This document shows positions 1 through 11,545 of a stretch of DNA of 64,000 bases, in pieces. Positions within the stretch are counted from its first letter, which is position 1; each line of letters starts with the position of its first letter. Origin of the DNA: the human T2T-CHM13v2.0 reference genome, Homo sapiens; assembly GCF_009914755.1 (NCBI RefSeq), contig NC_060934.1. One strand, 5' to 3'. The translations under genes and the position numbers were made by a program. Below the pieces are notes generated by a model. That model saw nothing but the letters and a program-made list of their open reading frames with translations. It was not told the origin of the DNA and did no database searches.

Positions 1-879
1 GAGAGGGAGCTGGCACAGCTCTGCGGGGACCAGCCTCTGCTCACGTCAGCTCCCTGGATGCTGTCCACCTGCCCGTCTACCCGTCTGACTCCCCTCTCAG
101 GACTGGCTGGGCTCTGAGGATGCAGAGACCACCGCCACTGTCCTCACGTTCTCTTGGGCTCTATTTCCATCCTTCCAGTTCCCAGCCATCCGGCGTCTCT
201 GCAAGGCCTTTGTGAGTCTGGTGTGGAGCCAGACGGAACCCACAGCTCCTGCCTGCTCTGGGGGCCCTGCCCTTGGCTCAGCCTCTGTGGTGCACTCTGC
301 CTGGGCTCATGCACTCCTCTCACCACCCCTCAACTGGACCAGGGTAGCCAGAGGGCTGCCTGGGTGGCTCAGTGTCCCTGGGAGCATTGGCAGTGAGCCT
401 TCATCAGGATAGTCACGTGCCTGAGCAGGACTGGGGAGGGCAGGGAAAGGAAATGGGGAGGCAGGAGCTGGATTCTGGGGCACTGAAAATCAGCGGGGAA
501 GAGGAGAGATCTTTCTAGCACATGGAGACATCATCTGTCTCTCTCCTCACCTTCTCGGAAAATATGAGGCTCTGAATCCAGAAGTCTGGCTCTGGGACGC
601 TTCCAGAGACCAGCTGGCCTCGCCTCCTGCTGGATGCTAGATGTGGAAACTGAGTCCCAGAGACAGTTAGCAAGCAACCCAAGTGTTGTCCGGCTCCCTG
701 TCTGAGCTTGGTCCCTGCCTCCTCCAGGCTGGCATCCGCCTCTGGCTCTTGGGCTTTATGAGGCACTTTCTGTCCCTCAGGGTCCCCAGCAGACCATCTG
801 CAGTGATGCAGGCCCGGTCCGGAAGACGTGGCCTCATCCACTGTCTTCACTAGGAAGAAGATTCATGAGGCAGGTGAGT

Positions 880-1110
880 TGGTTTAAAGGAACCTGCAGT
901 CTTTTTATCACCTTGATGGCTACGACGGATTTTGTTTCAGGGAGTATCTGTAAGACTTTAATTAAATCAGGAACTCAGGCCCGGCCAGCTTCCCTGCTGC
1001 TTATCAGCTTCTTAAGGCCGTGATTCATTACCCAGGATTATTATTTTTCATCCCTGAAATAATCTTTAAAGGCCTTCTATCAGGGAGATTAAAGCCATAA
1101 GTCATACACG
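880..1110. promoter_or_regulatory. candidate enhancer-like AT-rich block
   Basis: Repeat-free AT-rich island with three GATA cores (TTATCA 905 and 1001, CTATCA 1077), TTAATTAA 958-965 and several ATTA cores. Confidence 0.35.
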
Positions 1111-4100
1111 CCCACGTGCATGCTTTGTTTTCTCTGCACATGGGTGGTGTAGAGCCACCCAGAGGACTGGGCCATGGTGCTGCCCCAGCCTCCTGGGCTC
1201 CTGCTGGGCCCTCTGCTGCCAGGACCAGGAGTGGGGGGAGTATCTGGTTGGCATGACTCTCTGGCTGGGCAGAGGTTCGGCCGTCGTTGTGGGTGCTGAG
1301 GTAGCCTAGGCAGGTGGGGAGTGGGTGAGAATGGAACTCCCTGCTTTATGATTTTTCTCCTTCTTTCATTTAACAAATGTTCATTGGCCCCCTGGGCCAC
1401 TTCCTGTTCTGGGTGCTGGGCAGAGCAAGACAGATGACACGCCTTTTGGGGATACGGACAAGTAAGTGAGCGATGACACCACATTTATTTCTTACTCTGC
1501 CTCCAAGCCTCTTTATCTCTTTGCCTTGACTCTCTCTCCCTGTCTTTCTCTCAAATCACAGAAGCAAGGCTTTCTTTTCCAACGGGAGGTAGGATTGCTT
1601 ACTGGAGGTAGTGGCTTTTGATCTCATGTTGAATTATTCACTGTGAATCTCCCCTGAGCCAGTTTCAGGGGCAGCACGGTCTCAGTCTCGATCCCTAGGC
1701 CCTTAAGAATTAACAAAGCCTCCAGCTCAGCCTCTAATGGGGACAAAGGTAACTGGGGGTTTAGAGAGAGGAGGGTGGGCTGCCTGGAGGAGGTGGCTGT
1801 GGGGACTTGGAGGTTGGACTGCAAAGAACTTGAACCTAGAGCACGACCTTCCCTTCTCTGGTTGCAGAAGGCTCCAAGTGGATCCTAAACCCTAGGGCTC
1901 AAGTGCCTGCCTCGCCTCTTTTTGAGGTAAAATATGCACTGCTGAGGTTCAGCCCTTGATAGGCGCTCCCACGTGTTGGAGCCCTGTGCTCACTGTCAGG
2001 CCATTAAGCTGCTAGTCACACGGCCAGATTCCATGGCTTTGGAAATGTTACTGTATTTGTGCAATGTTGTTTTGAGTCATAGTTGCTCGCAGGGTCGGCG
2101 GGCTGCCCCTGATTGTGGCTGCTGTGTTTGGGGAGGGGAGCAGGAGATGGAGCTGGGGAAAGCCTCCTATGAAGTCCCAGGGGACTCAAGAGTCCCACCG
2201 CACCTGCTAGACAGTGGGGCAGGAGTAGCCACAGGCACTCGTTTGCATGAGCTGACCTTTGAGGAAAGCGTGTATGGGAAGAAGAAATCCCAAGCATGGT
2301 TGTGGGTGGACAGAGATAGGGTGAGGGGTCTAGGGAGCTGGGGACCTGAGATGAGAGTCGGCCCCTTCCCCCCAGCTCAGGGCTGCATCAGACTCTGTAG
2401 TCCAGCATGTGACTTTCCTTCCTTTCCTTGAATATGTCTTGTCTTCTTCCCCTGCCAGGTCTCTGCACATCTCTTTCTACTGCCACGTCACCTGGGGTCA
2501 TCCGTCCATCTCAGTGTGCCACACTGCCCAGATGAGGTCAGGCCCCTGTTAATTGCCACCCCTGGAGTGACTTTGTGCCATGACTTTGTGGGGCCAGGCT
2601 CCCTTTGTGGTTGTCAGTCCCATGAGAGTTGGACTGTGGTTGACAGTCCATGGCTGGGCCCCTCTACCTGGCACAGAGCAGACCCTCAAAGAGTGTTTGC
2701 CAAAGGAAAAGATGAACCGAGGGAAGTGCGGTCACACTGGAGGGCCTTTGGAGACAGGAGATATGGGGGTCCCTGCTTTAGGTCCCTGGTGGTCCAGCAT
2801 GGCCTGACCCAGGGAGAGAAGCATCCCCCAGCCCACTTCTGTCCAGAACACAGAGGGCCTCATGATGCAAAGAGGACTGAAGGGTTGACCTGGGAAGGGA
2901 TCAGACCTGGGACCCCTACTCCTTTCTCATGAGGGTACACATGAGGCCTGGGCATGAGCACATAGGAGAGGTCCCTCCCTTACCCTCCCTGGGCCCCCCA
3001 CATCTTCCTGGGGTGGGGCGGAAGCTGCAATGAAGCGGGTGGAGATGGTGCAACCCATGATCTGGGGGTGGACACTCTGTGACCTCCTTTATCCCACACT
3101 GGCCAGGTTGGAAGACGTTTATATTTATATTGATTTGTGTCACCCACGATGACTTCACTTTCTGAAACAAAACTCAGAAATACATGCAGAATTGTTCCAA
3201 TCCAGGCCACGCTGATTTTCTATAACATCTGCTCCCAATACTATGTTGCACGATGTGTGTGGGTGCGTGAGAAGCCCCGGGATTTTATTAGACAGTGATT
3301 GAGTTTCGGGGGGCTGTGGGCTGACCTGCAGTTCATCCAGGAGTTGGGGTGGGGGAAGCCGACTGTGGAGAGGCAATTAGCTGGTGATTCTCCAGAGGCA
3401 AAGCCTCTGTCATCACAGCCCCTCTCACCTGCGCCCGGCCTGCCTCCGTGCTCCAGGCTGCGTGTGCACTGCTTCCGACAGCCTCCCAACAACCTTGGCG
3501 GGTAGTTGCCACTCTCCCATTTGACAGATGAAGGAACAGAGACCCCAGGGTGCCTCATTCATTCATTCATGCATGCATTCATTCATCAAAAGCTTTATTG
3601 TGGATCCAGTGTGTTCTGAGCCCATGCGTGGAAGTGAGGGAGCTGGGCTAGAACTCAGCCCCGTTGGGACCTGAGCTGGTGCCCTGCTCTGTCACAGGCC
3701 TTTCCTCTTCCTGCAATGCTGCTGCCCAGAAATGGGCACCTCAGAGGCGCCTGATAAAATCCCAGGGACTGACCGAGTTAACAAGCCAAGGAGATGGCAA
3801 TGCAGGCAGATGGGGCCTGGGTGGCAGGGCTGGACCCGGGCTCAGAGGCACAGGCACTGGGGTCTGGCCTTTGGGATGCTTGGAATCCAGCCCCGTGCTG
3901 GTCCCAGCCCTGTGCCACCCCCTCTGCAGGCTCCACTCCCACTAAATCCTGCTGGAAAACGTAAAACCTTAACAGTCCTTCATCTTCCTGCCTCCCCTGA
4001 GCCCTCGATTCCCCCCAGTCCTCGTGGCAGCAGCCCAACCCCCTCAGTCCCTGCCTTGGATACAGCACGTTGAGATTCTCAAGACTCTGTTTTTGTCTTG

Positions 4101-4384
4101 TGTTAGATCAACATAACAGGAGCGGTGGCAGCAAGGGCGATAAAATAATAAGACTGCTCATGTGTCAGGCTCCGTTTCCTAGCCATGATCTCAGTCTACC
4201 CAAGGACTGTAGGAAGGGAGTACTTTGATCATTACACCCATTTTCAGCAAAGGAGACTGAGCGATGACTTTCTCTCCCCCGCAAAACATGGCCACAGCAG
4301 ATGCCGCTTTGGCTTAATAACCGGTGCAGGAGAGCTTGAAGGCAAGAGGCTTATAGCTGAGAGGAAAGAGCAGACATTTGGAGT

Positions 4385-4530
4385 CCAGTCTTGGCATTGA
4401 ACCCTCAACTGCTCTGAGCCTTAGTTTCCTTGCCTGCACAATGGGCCAATGAGCGCTCCCCCTTCATGTAGCTTTTGCGAGGTTCGTGAGATGGTGTGTG
4501 GAAAGCCCCAGGCTCAATGCTGGCACAGAG
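4385..4530 (+). mobile_element. MIR fragment
   Basis: ctctgagccttagtttccttgcctgcacaatggg ... gtgagatggtgtgtggaaagccc resembles MIR core and 3' part. Confidence 0.6.
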
Positions 4531-5199
4531 CAGGCGGGGACAAAAGGCACCAGTGAGGAGGAGAGTGGAACACAGAAGGCGAGACAATGATTCTCTTTCT
4601 CTGGAAGACAAGCCAAAAAACAGTTCCCGGTCCTGCTTTTCCAGCCCCAGAGGGAAGAGAGACCCAAGGCACCAGGTGCTAAACCAGGAGTCCTGGAGGT
4701 TGGGCTGTGTGGCCTCAGGCCAGATCATCTCCCTGAGCCCCAATTTCTTCCTTAATGAAACAGGACAGGCTGAGCCTCACTGTCCACCTTTTTAGGGCAT
4801 CCCAGTGTCTCGAACAATGTCAGATAGGAAAGCTCTCTGAGAAGTTCCCGGCATTGCTCACATGGGAGGGCGACTGGCTTTTCCAGCACTACTAATAATT
4901 TACTCTGTTCTACCTCTCAAGTGGTGAAAAGGAAACTTCTGTAAGAGGATGCTTCCAGCCTGAAATGATTCATCCCCTCTGTGAGATTCCTGTGGCTTCC
5001 TGCCACGCCATTTCACCTGCCTCCTGAGCTGCCGGGCCTCGCTGGTCTTGGGTTGGCCTTTGCTATTTGAGACCCTGGGGTCCAGTGCATTGGCTCCTGG
5101 AGGTCACAGTGCTACCAGCTTGTTGGGTGGCTGCTCCCACCGCAGCGCCTCCTTTCTCAAATGGCTGGGATTGTCTGCGGGATCCAGCGTGATGGTGTA

Positions 5200-5419
5200 C
5201 AGACATGGTGGCTGGTGCACAGCTCACAGGAGGTGCATGAGCCATGTCAGGCTGCTCTTTCTTAACTCCTCGGCCCAGTGCTTTCCCCTCCTTCCACATC
5301 AGCTTCCTCCAGACACGGTGGCTGGCGTGCAGCTCACAGGAGGTGCATGAGACATGTCAGGCTGCTCTTTCTTAACTCCTCGGCCCAGTGCCTTCCCCTC
5401 CTTCCACATCAGCTTCTTC
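5200..5419. repeat. 110-bp tandem duplication (2 copies)
   Basis: 5200-5309 and 5310-5419 align without gaps with about 7 mismatches. Confidence 0.95.
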
Positions 5420-5904
5420 ATCTATAGAATAAGGAGTTTGGAACTTGAACGACGGCAAAGTGTGAGGCCATACTTTGGGCTGCCCCACATTCTCTAAGGC
5501 CGATGGCAGCCATCACTCATCAGCCTGAAGCAGCTGCAGAATCCTTAATCCAGGACCCAGAGAACCTCAACCCAACGGTTCATGGAGGGCTGGAACTTCT
5601 AAGCCATGGATTTCTAGCATCCGAAACAGTTTTGAGGTGGGATGTTCAAAGATTCCATGTGGGGGAGAGGATCTCAAGCTTGCTGGAAGGAGGAAGAAGA
5701 GTGGGAGGAGGAAAATGGTAATTCCCCATGTGTATAAGCCTTGTGGTTTACAGAGCATCCTCACCTTGAGGGTGCCCTGTGATACAGGAGGACCTGCCTG
5801 ACAGGGAGGTGAGAGATGGGGCTGAGAGGCCCAGGCCTTGGGCTCTGCACCCTGTGACCCTTCCCCAACTCATGGCTCCAGACGGGCTCCAATATCTGTC
5901 ATGG

Positions 5905-6075
5905 CCACCATCCTTTACTGAGGGCCTACTGTGTGCTCGGCCCAGAGCCAGGCATGCACATCTATGATCTCACGACTCCTCACAGCCACCTGCAACCCCG
6001 TCTTACAGACAGGCAGGCAGAGGCTGAATTGCCGTGACTTGGTCATCAAAGGCTGCACAGCTAGATGGGAGCTGA
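5905..6075 (-). mobile_element. MIR fragment
   Basis: tttactgagggcctactgtgtg ... ttacagacagg...gaggctg...tgactt...cacagctag. Confidence 0.55.
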
Positions 6076-6559
6076 GTGGGTGAGCTCCCATCTGTTTCTG
6101 CTGGATTTGCCCAGGCCATTATCCAGGTCCCCGACATCAAATGAATTCTATAATTTGTAAACGCAGCCGAGTGGCTTTTACAGAGGAATGTCGGGAAGTG
6201 ATAAAAAAAATACTTCTGATAGATTTATGGAGCAGCTGAATGCCAGCATCTTGCCTCTCTCCTGCTAGCTTCAGGAGCCACGTGAGGCCGGAGCAGAGGC
6301 CTGAGCAGGCTTTTGTGGCTGAGAGCCAGGCCTTTCATCGGCTTTTACAAGACAGGTTTACAGCATGGAGGAGATGGTGGCACAGGGTGGGAGGAGGGAG
6401 CCGCCTCCATCTGGGGCTCAGACAGAGTAGATGACAGATCAGCCCCTGAAGCCTAGGGGGTCAACAGCCCTTGCCCTCCCCCAGGGTTCTATACCCTCCC
6501 TGCCAATGCCTGGGGCCTCAAGGGCTGAGGGCATCTTGGGGTGGGGCTAGGAACCTTGG

Positions 6560-6645
6560 TCCTGACACATGGTGTGACCTGGGACCCTCGGTTTTCTTCT
6601 CTGGGCCTCAGTTTCCCCATCTCTAATGCAAGGGGCTTGAACTAG
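6560..6645 (+). mobile_element. MIR fragment
   Basis: gtgtgacctggga ... ctgggcctcagtttccccatctctaatg. Confidence 0.65.
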
Positions 6646-6647
6646 TG

Positions 6648-6791
6648 CAGTGGTCCTCAACTCCCACTGAGCATCAGAATACACACCCAGCAGGCCCACC
6701 CAGCAGGGATCCGATCTGGGAGCTCTGTAGGGTGGAGCCTGGTGAGGGGTCTGCTGTGACTCTGATGGACAGATGGGGCTGAGAACCACTT
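6648..6791. mobile_element. MER5-like hAT-Charlie MITE
   Basis: Terminal inverted repeats cagtggtcctcaa ... tgagaaccact; internal catcagaat and ggcccaccc motifs. Confidence 0.65.
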
Positions 6792-7094
6792 CTACAGAGG
6801 GAGGAGCTTCAAGACCTCTAGGCCAGTTGGCTGGTGAGTTCAGGAGGCTGCAATGCTGTCTGGGGTTCCATTCCTTTCCTGAAACCCACCTGCTGGGAAC
6901 AGAGTCACCTGGGCCCAGGTATGGTGGAAGGCAGGGAGACATGTCCAGCCCCCAGGCCTGAAGGCTGCAGTTGCACCCAGGATGCTCTCCCCATTCCCAC
7001 CGCCCTCCAGGCTCAGCATGAACTGTCAGCTGGGAGTGTGTGGAGCAGCACTGGGGACCAGGGACCCCGCTGTGTGCCTCCTTTTCCACATTAC

Positions 7095-7330
7095 TGTGTT
7101 TAATCCACTGCCAAATCCTTCAGAGTCCACCTTCTAGATACATCTAGGATCCATAATGCGCTCCATCACTCCTGCCACGCCCTTCTCCAAGCCACCACCA
7201 TGGCTTCTCCTGGATGACAGCAGTAGCCTCCCCAGTAGTCCCTACCTCATGATGTGGCTTGTTTCCCCTACAGTAGCCAGAATGAGCATCTGCAGACACA
7301 AACCAGCCCCTGTGGCTCCCCAAAGGTTGC
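7095..7330 (+). mobile_element. L2 fragment
   Basis: ccaaatccttcagagtccaccttctagatacatc ... ccaagccaccaccatggcttctcctggatgacagcagtagcctcc matches the L2 3' region. Confidence 0.7.
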
Positions 7331-7549
7331 TGCTGCACTCAGGATGCTCTATCCCTGCCCTGCCCTCCAAGGCCCCACTCTTCTCCCTCTCAGGAAGGGG
7401 TGGCTGGTGCCTGATGGAATTCACAGACGGAGCTCCGGAAGGCATGGAGCAGGGGAGGGGATGAAGGCAGCAGGGTGAAAGTGGGGCCGTGATGTCCCCT
7501 GGTGTCCCCTTTCTGCTCATCACCAGCACATCAAGGCTGGAAATCACTC

Positions 7550-7810
7550 GCTGGAGAAGACATGCCCGAGGTGCCTCAGGGGTGTGATCACAGCCTTCCA
7601 GGAATTAAAGGGTAGTGGCCGAGAAGAGGAGACAGGCACATGTATTCTGGGAGCTCTAGGAGCAGGAGGAAGAAGGAAGGCAGGGGGAGAAGGGGAAGGG
7701 AAAAGTGACTGAAGAAAGGCCACTGTTAGCCTGCTGTAAGAACTTTCTAGCCCTTAGAGATGGTCCCTAATGGAATAGACTGCCTGGTGTGGTGGGGAGC
7801 TATGAGGAGC
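7550..7810 (+). mobile_element. L3/CR1 fragment
   Basis: ctggagaaga ... aagaactttctag ... tggaatagactgcctggtgtggtggggagct resembles the L3 ORF2 3' end. Confidence 0.6.
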
Positions 7811-7959
7811 TGTGGGCATTGGAGCAGAGGACAGTGACAATGAGCTGAGGGACATGGCGATGAAGCTGATGGCCTCTAAGACCCCCCCCAGCTCTTTGGT
7901 TCCACCCTGGCCCCATCATATATGGAAGCCATTGGGAGAGCCACCAGGAGGTTACAGAG

Positions 7960-8073
7960 TAGGGTGACCAACTGTCTCAGTTTGCCTGGCACTAAAGCGT
8001 TTTCAGGGGTGTGGGAGATTTCGCGTTAAAGCCAGGAAAGTCTTGGGCAAATGGGAACAAGTTGGTCACCCTA
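7960..8073. mobile_element. MER81-like hAT-Blackjack MITE, full length (114 bp)
   Basis: Perfect 14-bp TIR TAGGGTGACCAACT ... AGTTGGTCACCCTA; internal tttgcc/ggcaaa symmetry. Confidence 0.85.
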
Positions 8074-9159
8074 CGAAAACATGTCTTGTGGGAATGCACC
8101 CCTCCCAAGTTAGCATGGCTCTGGCCCACACACTGAACTCCCAGGCTGGCAGAAATGCCCTGGACCCTCCTTGCCTCCACTCTGCCTCTCCCCTTTCTGC
8201 CCTGAAGCCAGGAATAATGGAGCTTGCCTCACTGGGAGGGGCAGACATGGAGCCCCCTGGGCCGGGAATGGTTGCTAATGACAGGCCAGGCCACCTAAAG
8301 GCCCTCTCACTTGCCTTCTCTGGGCCTCTATTTCTCATTCTGTGAAGTGAGACCATGTGGGATGGGTGGCTGGAGAGGGTGCTCCCATGGGTACCTGTCA
8401 GCCTGACACTGGGCCCCAGTCCCACCTCTCTTCTCCCTGGCCCAAGGCCGCCTTCCCAGCCTCTTTCCTGCTGCACATGGGTGTGTGGGGAGAGGGAAAG
8501 TGGCAGTTTCCTCCCTCTTCCTCCAGCAGGCAGGCTGGGGAGCAAGGGACCTACTCATGCCAGTTTCCTGTGTGTTGCCTGCCTCAGCTGTCTGTCTGTC
8601 TGGCCCCAGCCAGGCACCCTCTGTCACTCCCACCCAGCTTACTGTGCCTGGGCAAGGAAGGGTAGAGGGCTGGCAGGAGGGGTGGGCTCAGGTGAGAGCT
8701 TCTGCCTGCTCATGGCCTATGGAGGGCACACACAGAGCTGCACCTTCAGTCCTCAGTCCTCAGAGGGTGGCTGAATGAGGGTCCCAAAGTTCACCATAGC
8801 TGAGCTTCAGCCCTGGTGCTGCCTGTAACCAGCAGAGCCTGGGGTGTGGAGCAGATGGCACAGGGCAGGGGTAGCCTCAGTCCAGGAGCCAGGAAGCTGG
8901 GGCCCCATGCTGACCCCCCACTGACCTGGGCAGGCCAGCGATGAGCCTCGATGTCATTCCTGCCAATTGCTGTGGCTCGGACAGCAGGCCCTGCAGTGCT
9001 GGCACCTCGGATGGATGCAGGTGCTGACTCTTACCATGAAACCTGCTCACAGGCCTCGTTGGTGCCCAGCTCCCCAGGAGCTGTACTTCTAGCGTCGCTC
9101 TTCCTCACATGCCCCCTGAGCCATCTACAGATTCCCTCATGGCTGCCGTGCCCGAGTAC

Positions 9160-9295
9160 GCACACTTGCACACACACCTTCCAACAGCCTACATCTTCAG
9201 ACTCCCCATCTTCACACAGCCCCTGCCTCCATCCCCCACATACATACCTTCATACACCCCACACACTTTCGCACACTCACACACTCACACATCCC
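9160..9295. repeat. degenerate CA-rich low-complexity tract
   Basis: cacacttgcacacacacc ... cacactcacacactcacac. Confidence 0.7.
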
Positions 9296-10448
9296 CCAGC
9301 CCCAGAACTACCTGGGAGGGAAGGCGATGGAGTGACAGCAGGAGATCATATGTTAAGAAAAATTGCCGGAGAGGTTTGCTTGGGAGCACCTGCGGGATTG
9401 GCAGAGGGTTGGGCCAGCCGGGCACTGAAGCCCTCCCTGTACTCGAGGAGTCCTGAGCTGATCTCTTGGTCCAGGCCCCAGGCTCTGGTCTCCATCTGTC
9501 CAGCCCTCCAGGGTGCCGGTCACCTGACAGTGCCTGAAAGGTCACCTGGCCCTGTGCCCCTACAACAGCCTGGTTCCGGGCAGTGGCTTGGCTCTCGCCA
9601 CTCCACATCCCCGATGCCGAGCTTTAGGCCTCTTTAAAATGCAGGAGGAAATGAAGTGGGGAGAGCAAAGGTGACTGGCCCAAGGTCGTGTAGAAACCAG
9701 GAAGGAAACTAGATCTCCCCAGAGAGGCTGTGAGATGCGCTAGAAACAGCAGAGCCTCCTTCAGGAGACAGGGCTGTGCCGGCCCCACCCGACCCTCTCC
9801 ACCCTTGGCCTCAGCCACCCTCCTTGGACCTCAGTTTCCTTCTTTGTCAACCATGGATGCTGGCCAGGCCACCCTTCCCAGGCTTTTTCCTGCCCCAACA
9901 TGCCAGAGAGATCTGCAGCCTCTCTCCGAGCCGTGACTGGGCCTCAACTGGCCCGACTCCTATGTGCACTTGGGTGTGAGGTGGGAGGGGCTCCTGGGAC
10001 AGGAGACTGGATTCTGGCCACAGCAGCTAACCCTAATGGGCCCCAGTGCTGGGCCATGAGCCCATGAAGTCCTGTGCAGCATGGCCTTCCAGGTTGCTGG
10101 TGTCTCAGGCTGCCAGTTTCCCGAGCTCTCTCATCCCACAGAGGGCCCTGGGGCAGTGGTGGGAGGAAACCCCGAGGGTTCTGTGTTTGTGGAGGAGCCC
10201 GCATGAGGAAAGGCATTCATCTGTTTGGGGTGCTGGAACCCTTTACTCACTAATTCCAGAGGTTCATCCAGGTGGCCTTAAGATAAAGAAGTTTATTGGG
10301 AGGAGAGATGGAGCCAGGAGCCAGGCAGCTCAGGACTCCTCCCTGCCGCCTCTCCGCCTCCTTCCTGCCTCACCTCCAGGGTCTCTGACTCTTCTTCTAC
10401 TTGTCTGCTCCATCCTCCACCCTCCTCCTCTGCCCTCTTGCTCTAGCT

Positions 10449-10519
10449 TTTCTTTTTGTAGAGATGGGGTTTCACTGTGTTGCCCAGGCTGGCCTTGAAC
10501 TCCTGTTCTTAAGCGATCC
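10449..10519 (-). mobile_element. Alu left-monomer/FLAM fragment
   Basis: ttttgtagagatggggtttcactgtgttgcccaggctggccttgaactcctg..aagcgatcc. Confidence 0.85.
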
Positions 10520-11429
10520 CATAGCCCTATCTGATGGTCTATTGCCCATGGGGCAGAGCCCTCAGTGCCAGTTCACATGATGGGCCTGGCTGCCTATGGG
10601 GGGTCATTTCCCCATCCAGTCAGTGCCATCTGGCAGGTGTGGGTAGGACCATCACAGCTAGAAGAGGACATGACACCCTGAGTGACATAGCAGGACATGG
10701 GGACATTGTGCAAGGCTTTCTGGAAGAGGAGAAGTCGGGACTTGATCTTGAAGGAGAAGCAGGATTTTAAAGTGTGGTGAATGTTCTGTTCGTAGCTCAG
10801 GGAATGCTAGAAATGTGGGCTGAAGAATGGTCCACCTAGAGGAGTCTCAGAAGCCATGGGGTGAATGGATCAGAGCGACCGCGGGGAGAGGAGGAGGAGG
10901 AGAGGAGGAGGAGGGATTTGCAGGCCAAGGGTACAAATCTGTAGAAGGTTTGCATTGCAGGAGAAGCTCAGGGGCGAGAGCCACTTAGGACTGGGACAAG
11001 AGTTGGAGCAGTGCTGGAATGGGGTTGTGTGTCCCAAAACCAAGGGGAGTGGGCGGCAGCTGTGAAAGAGTCCAGAGTGACAATTGGGAGGCTGAAGGTG
11101 ACCTGGTGAGAGCAGCTTCTATGGTGTGGTAGGGCATCACCTGATTGCAGGGGTGAGGGTGTAGACACAGCAGGCATAGGCCTCTTTGGATGTTCATGAG
11201 TGAGAAAGGGCCCTGACACCTGAATGCTTTGCATGCCCAAGGTGAGCAGTGAGAACAGTGAGTGGCAATGCTCATGCCTGCCTCTCCTGGGGAACGCTTT
11301 GGGGTCGGCATGGTCTGGACAGAACCAGAGGGAGGGCGGTGGGAGTGAGGGTGGAATGCCCTAGACCAGGGTGTGGGAGGCCGCCCTCCTGGGAGCTAGA
11401 CACCCCTGTCTGGGCTCTCCACTCTCCCT

Positions 11430-11545
11430 CTGGGTGACCACAGGTTGCTTCCATCTCTGATCCTATTTCCTTATCTGTAAACTGGGGATAGTGATTCTGC
11501 TCTGCCCCTGCCTCCCACGGTCATGGGGATTGAAATGAAGAGTCA
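11430..11545 (+). mobile_element. MIR fragment
   Basis: tgggtgacc ... tttccttatctgtaaactggggatagtgat ... ggggattgaaatga. Confidence 0.6.

Noticed and set aside
5200-5419. CRISPR-like or array interpretation of the direct repeats (also 23892-24074 and 58848-59043)
   Set aside because: Eukaryotic DNA, only 2-3 copies, no constant repeat with unique spacers and no cas genes
8951-9637. Longest ORF (228 aa)
   Set aside because: Runs through a CA-rich low-complexity tract, has Pro/Ser/His-biased composition, no recognisable domain and no exon structure
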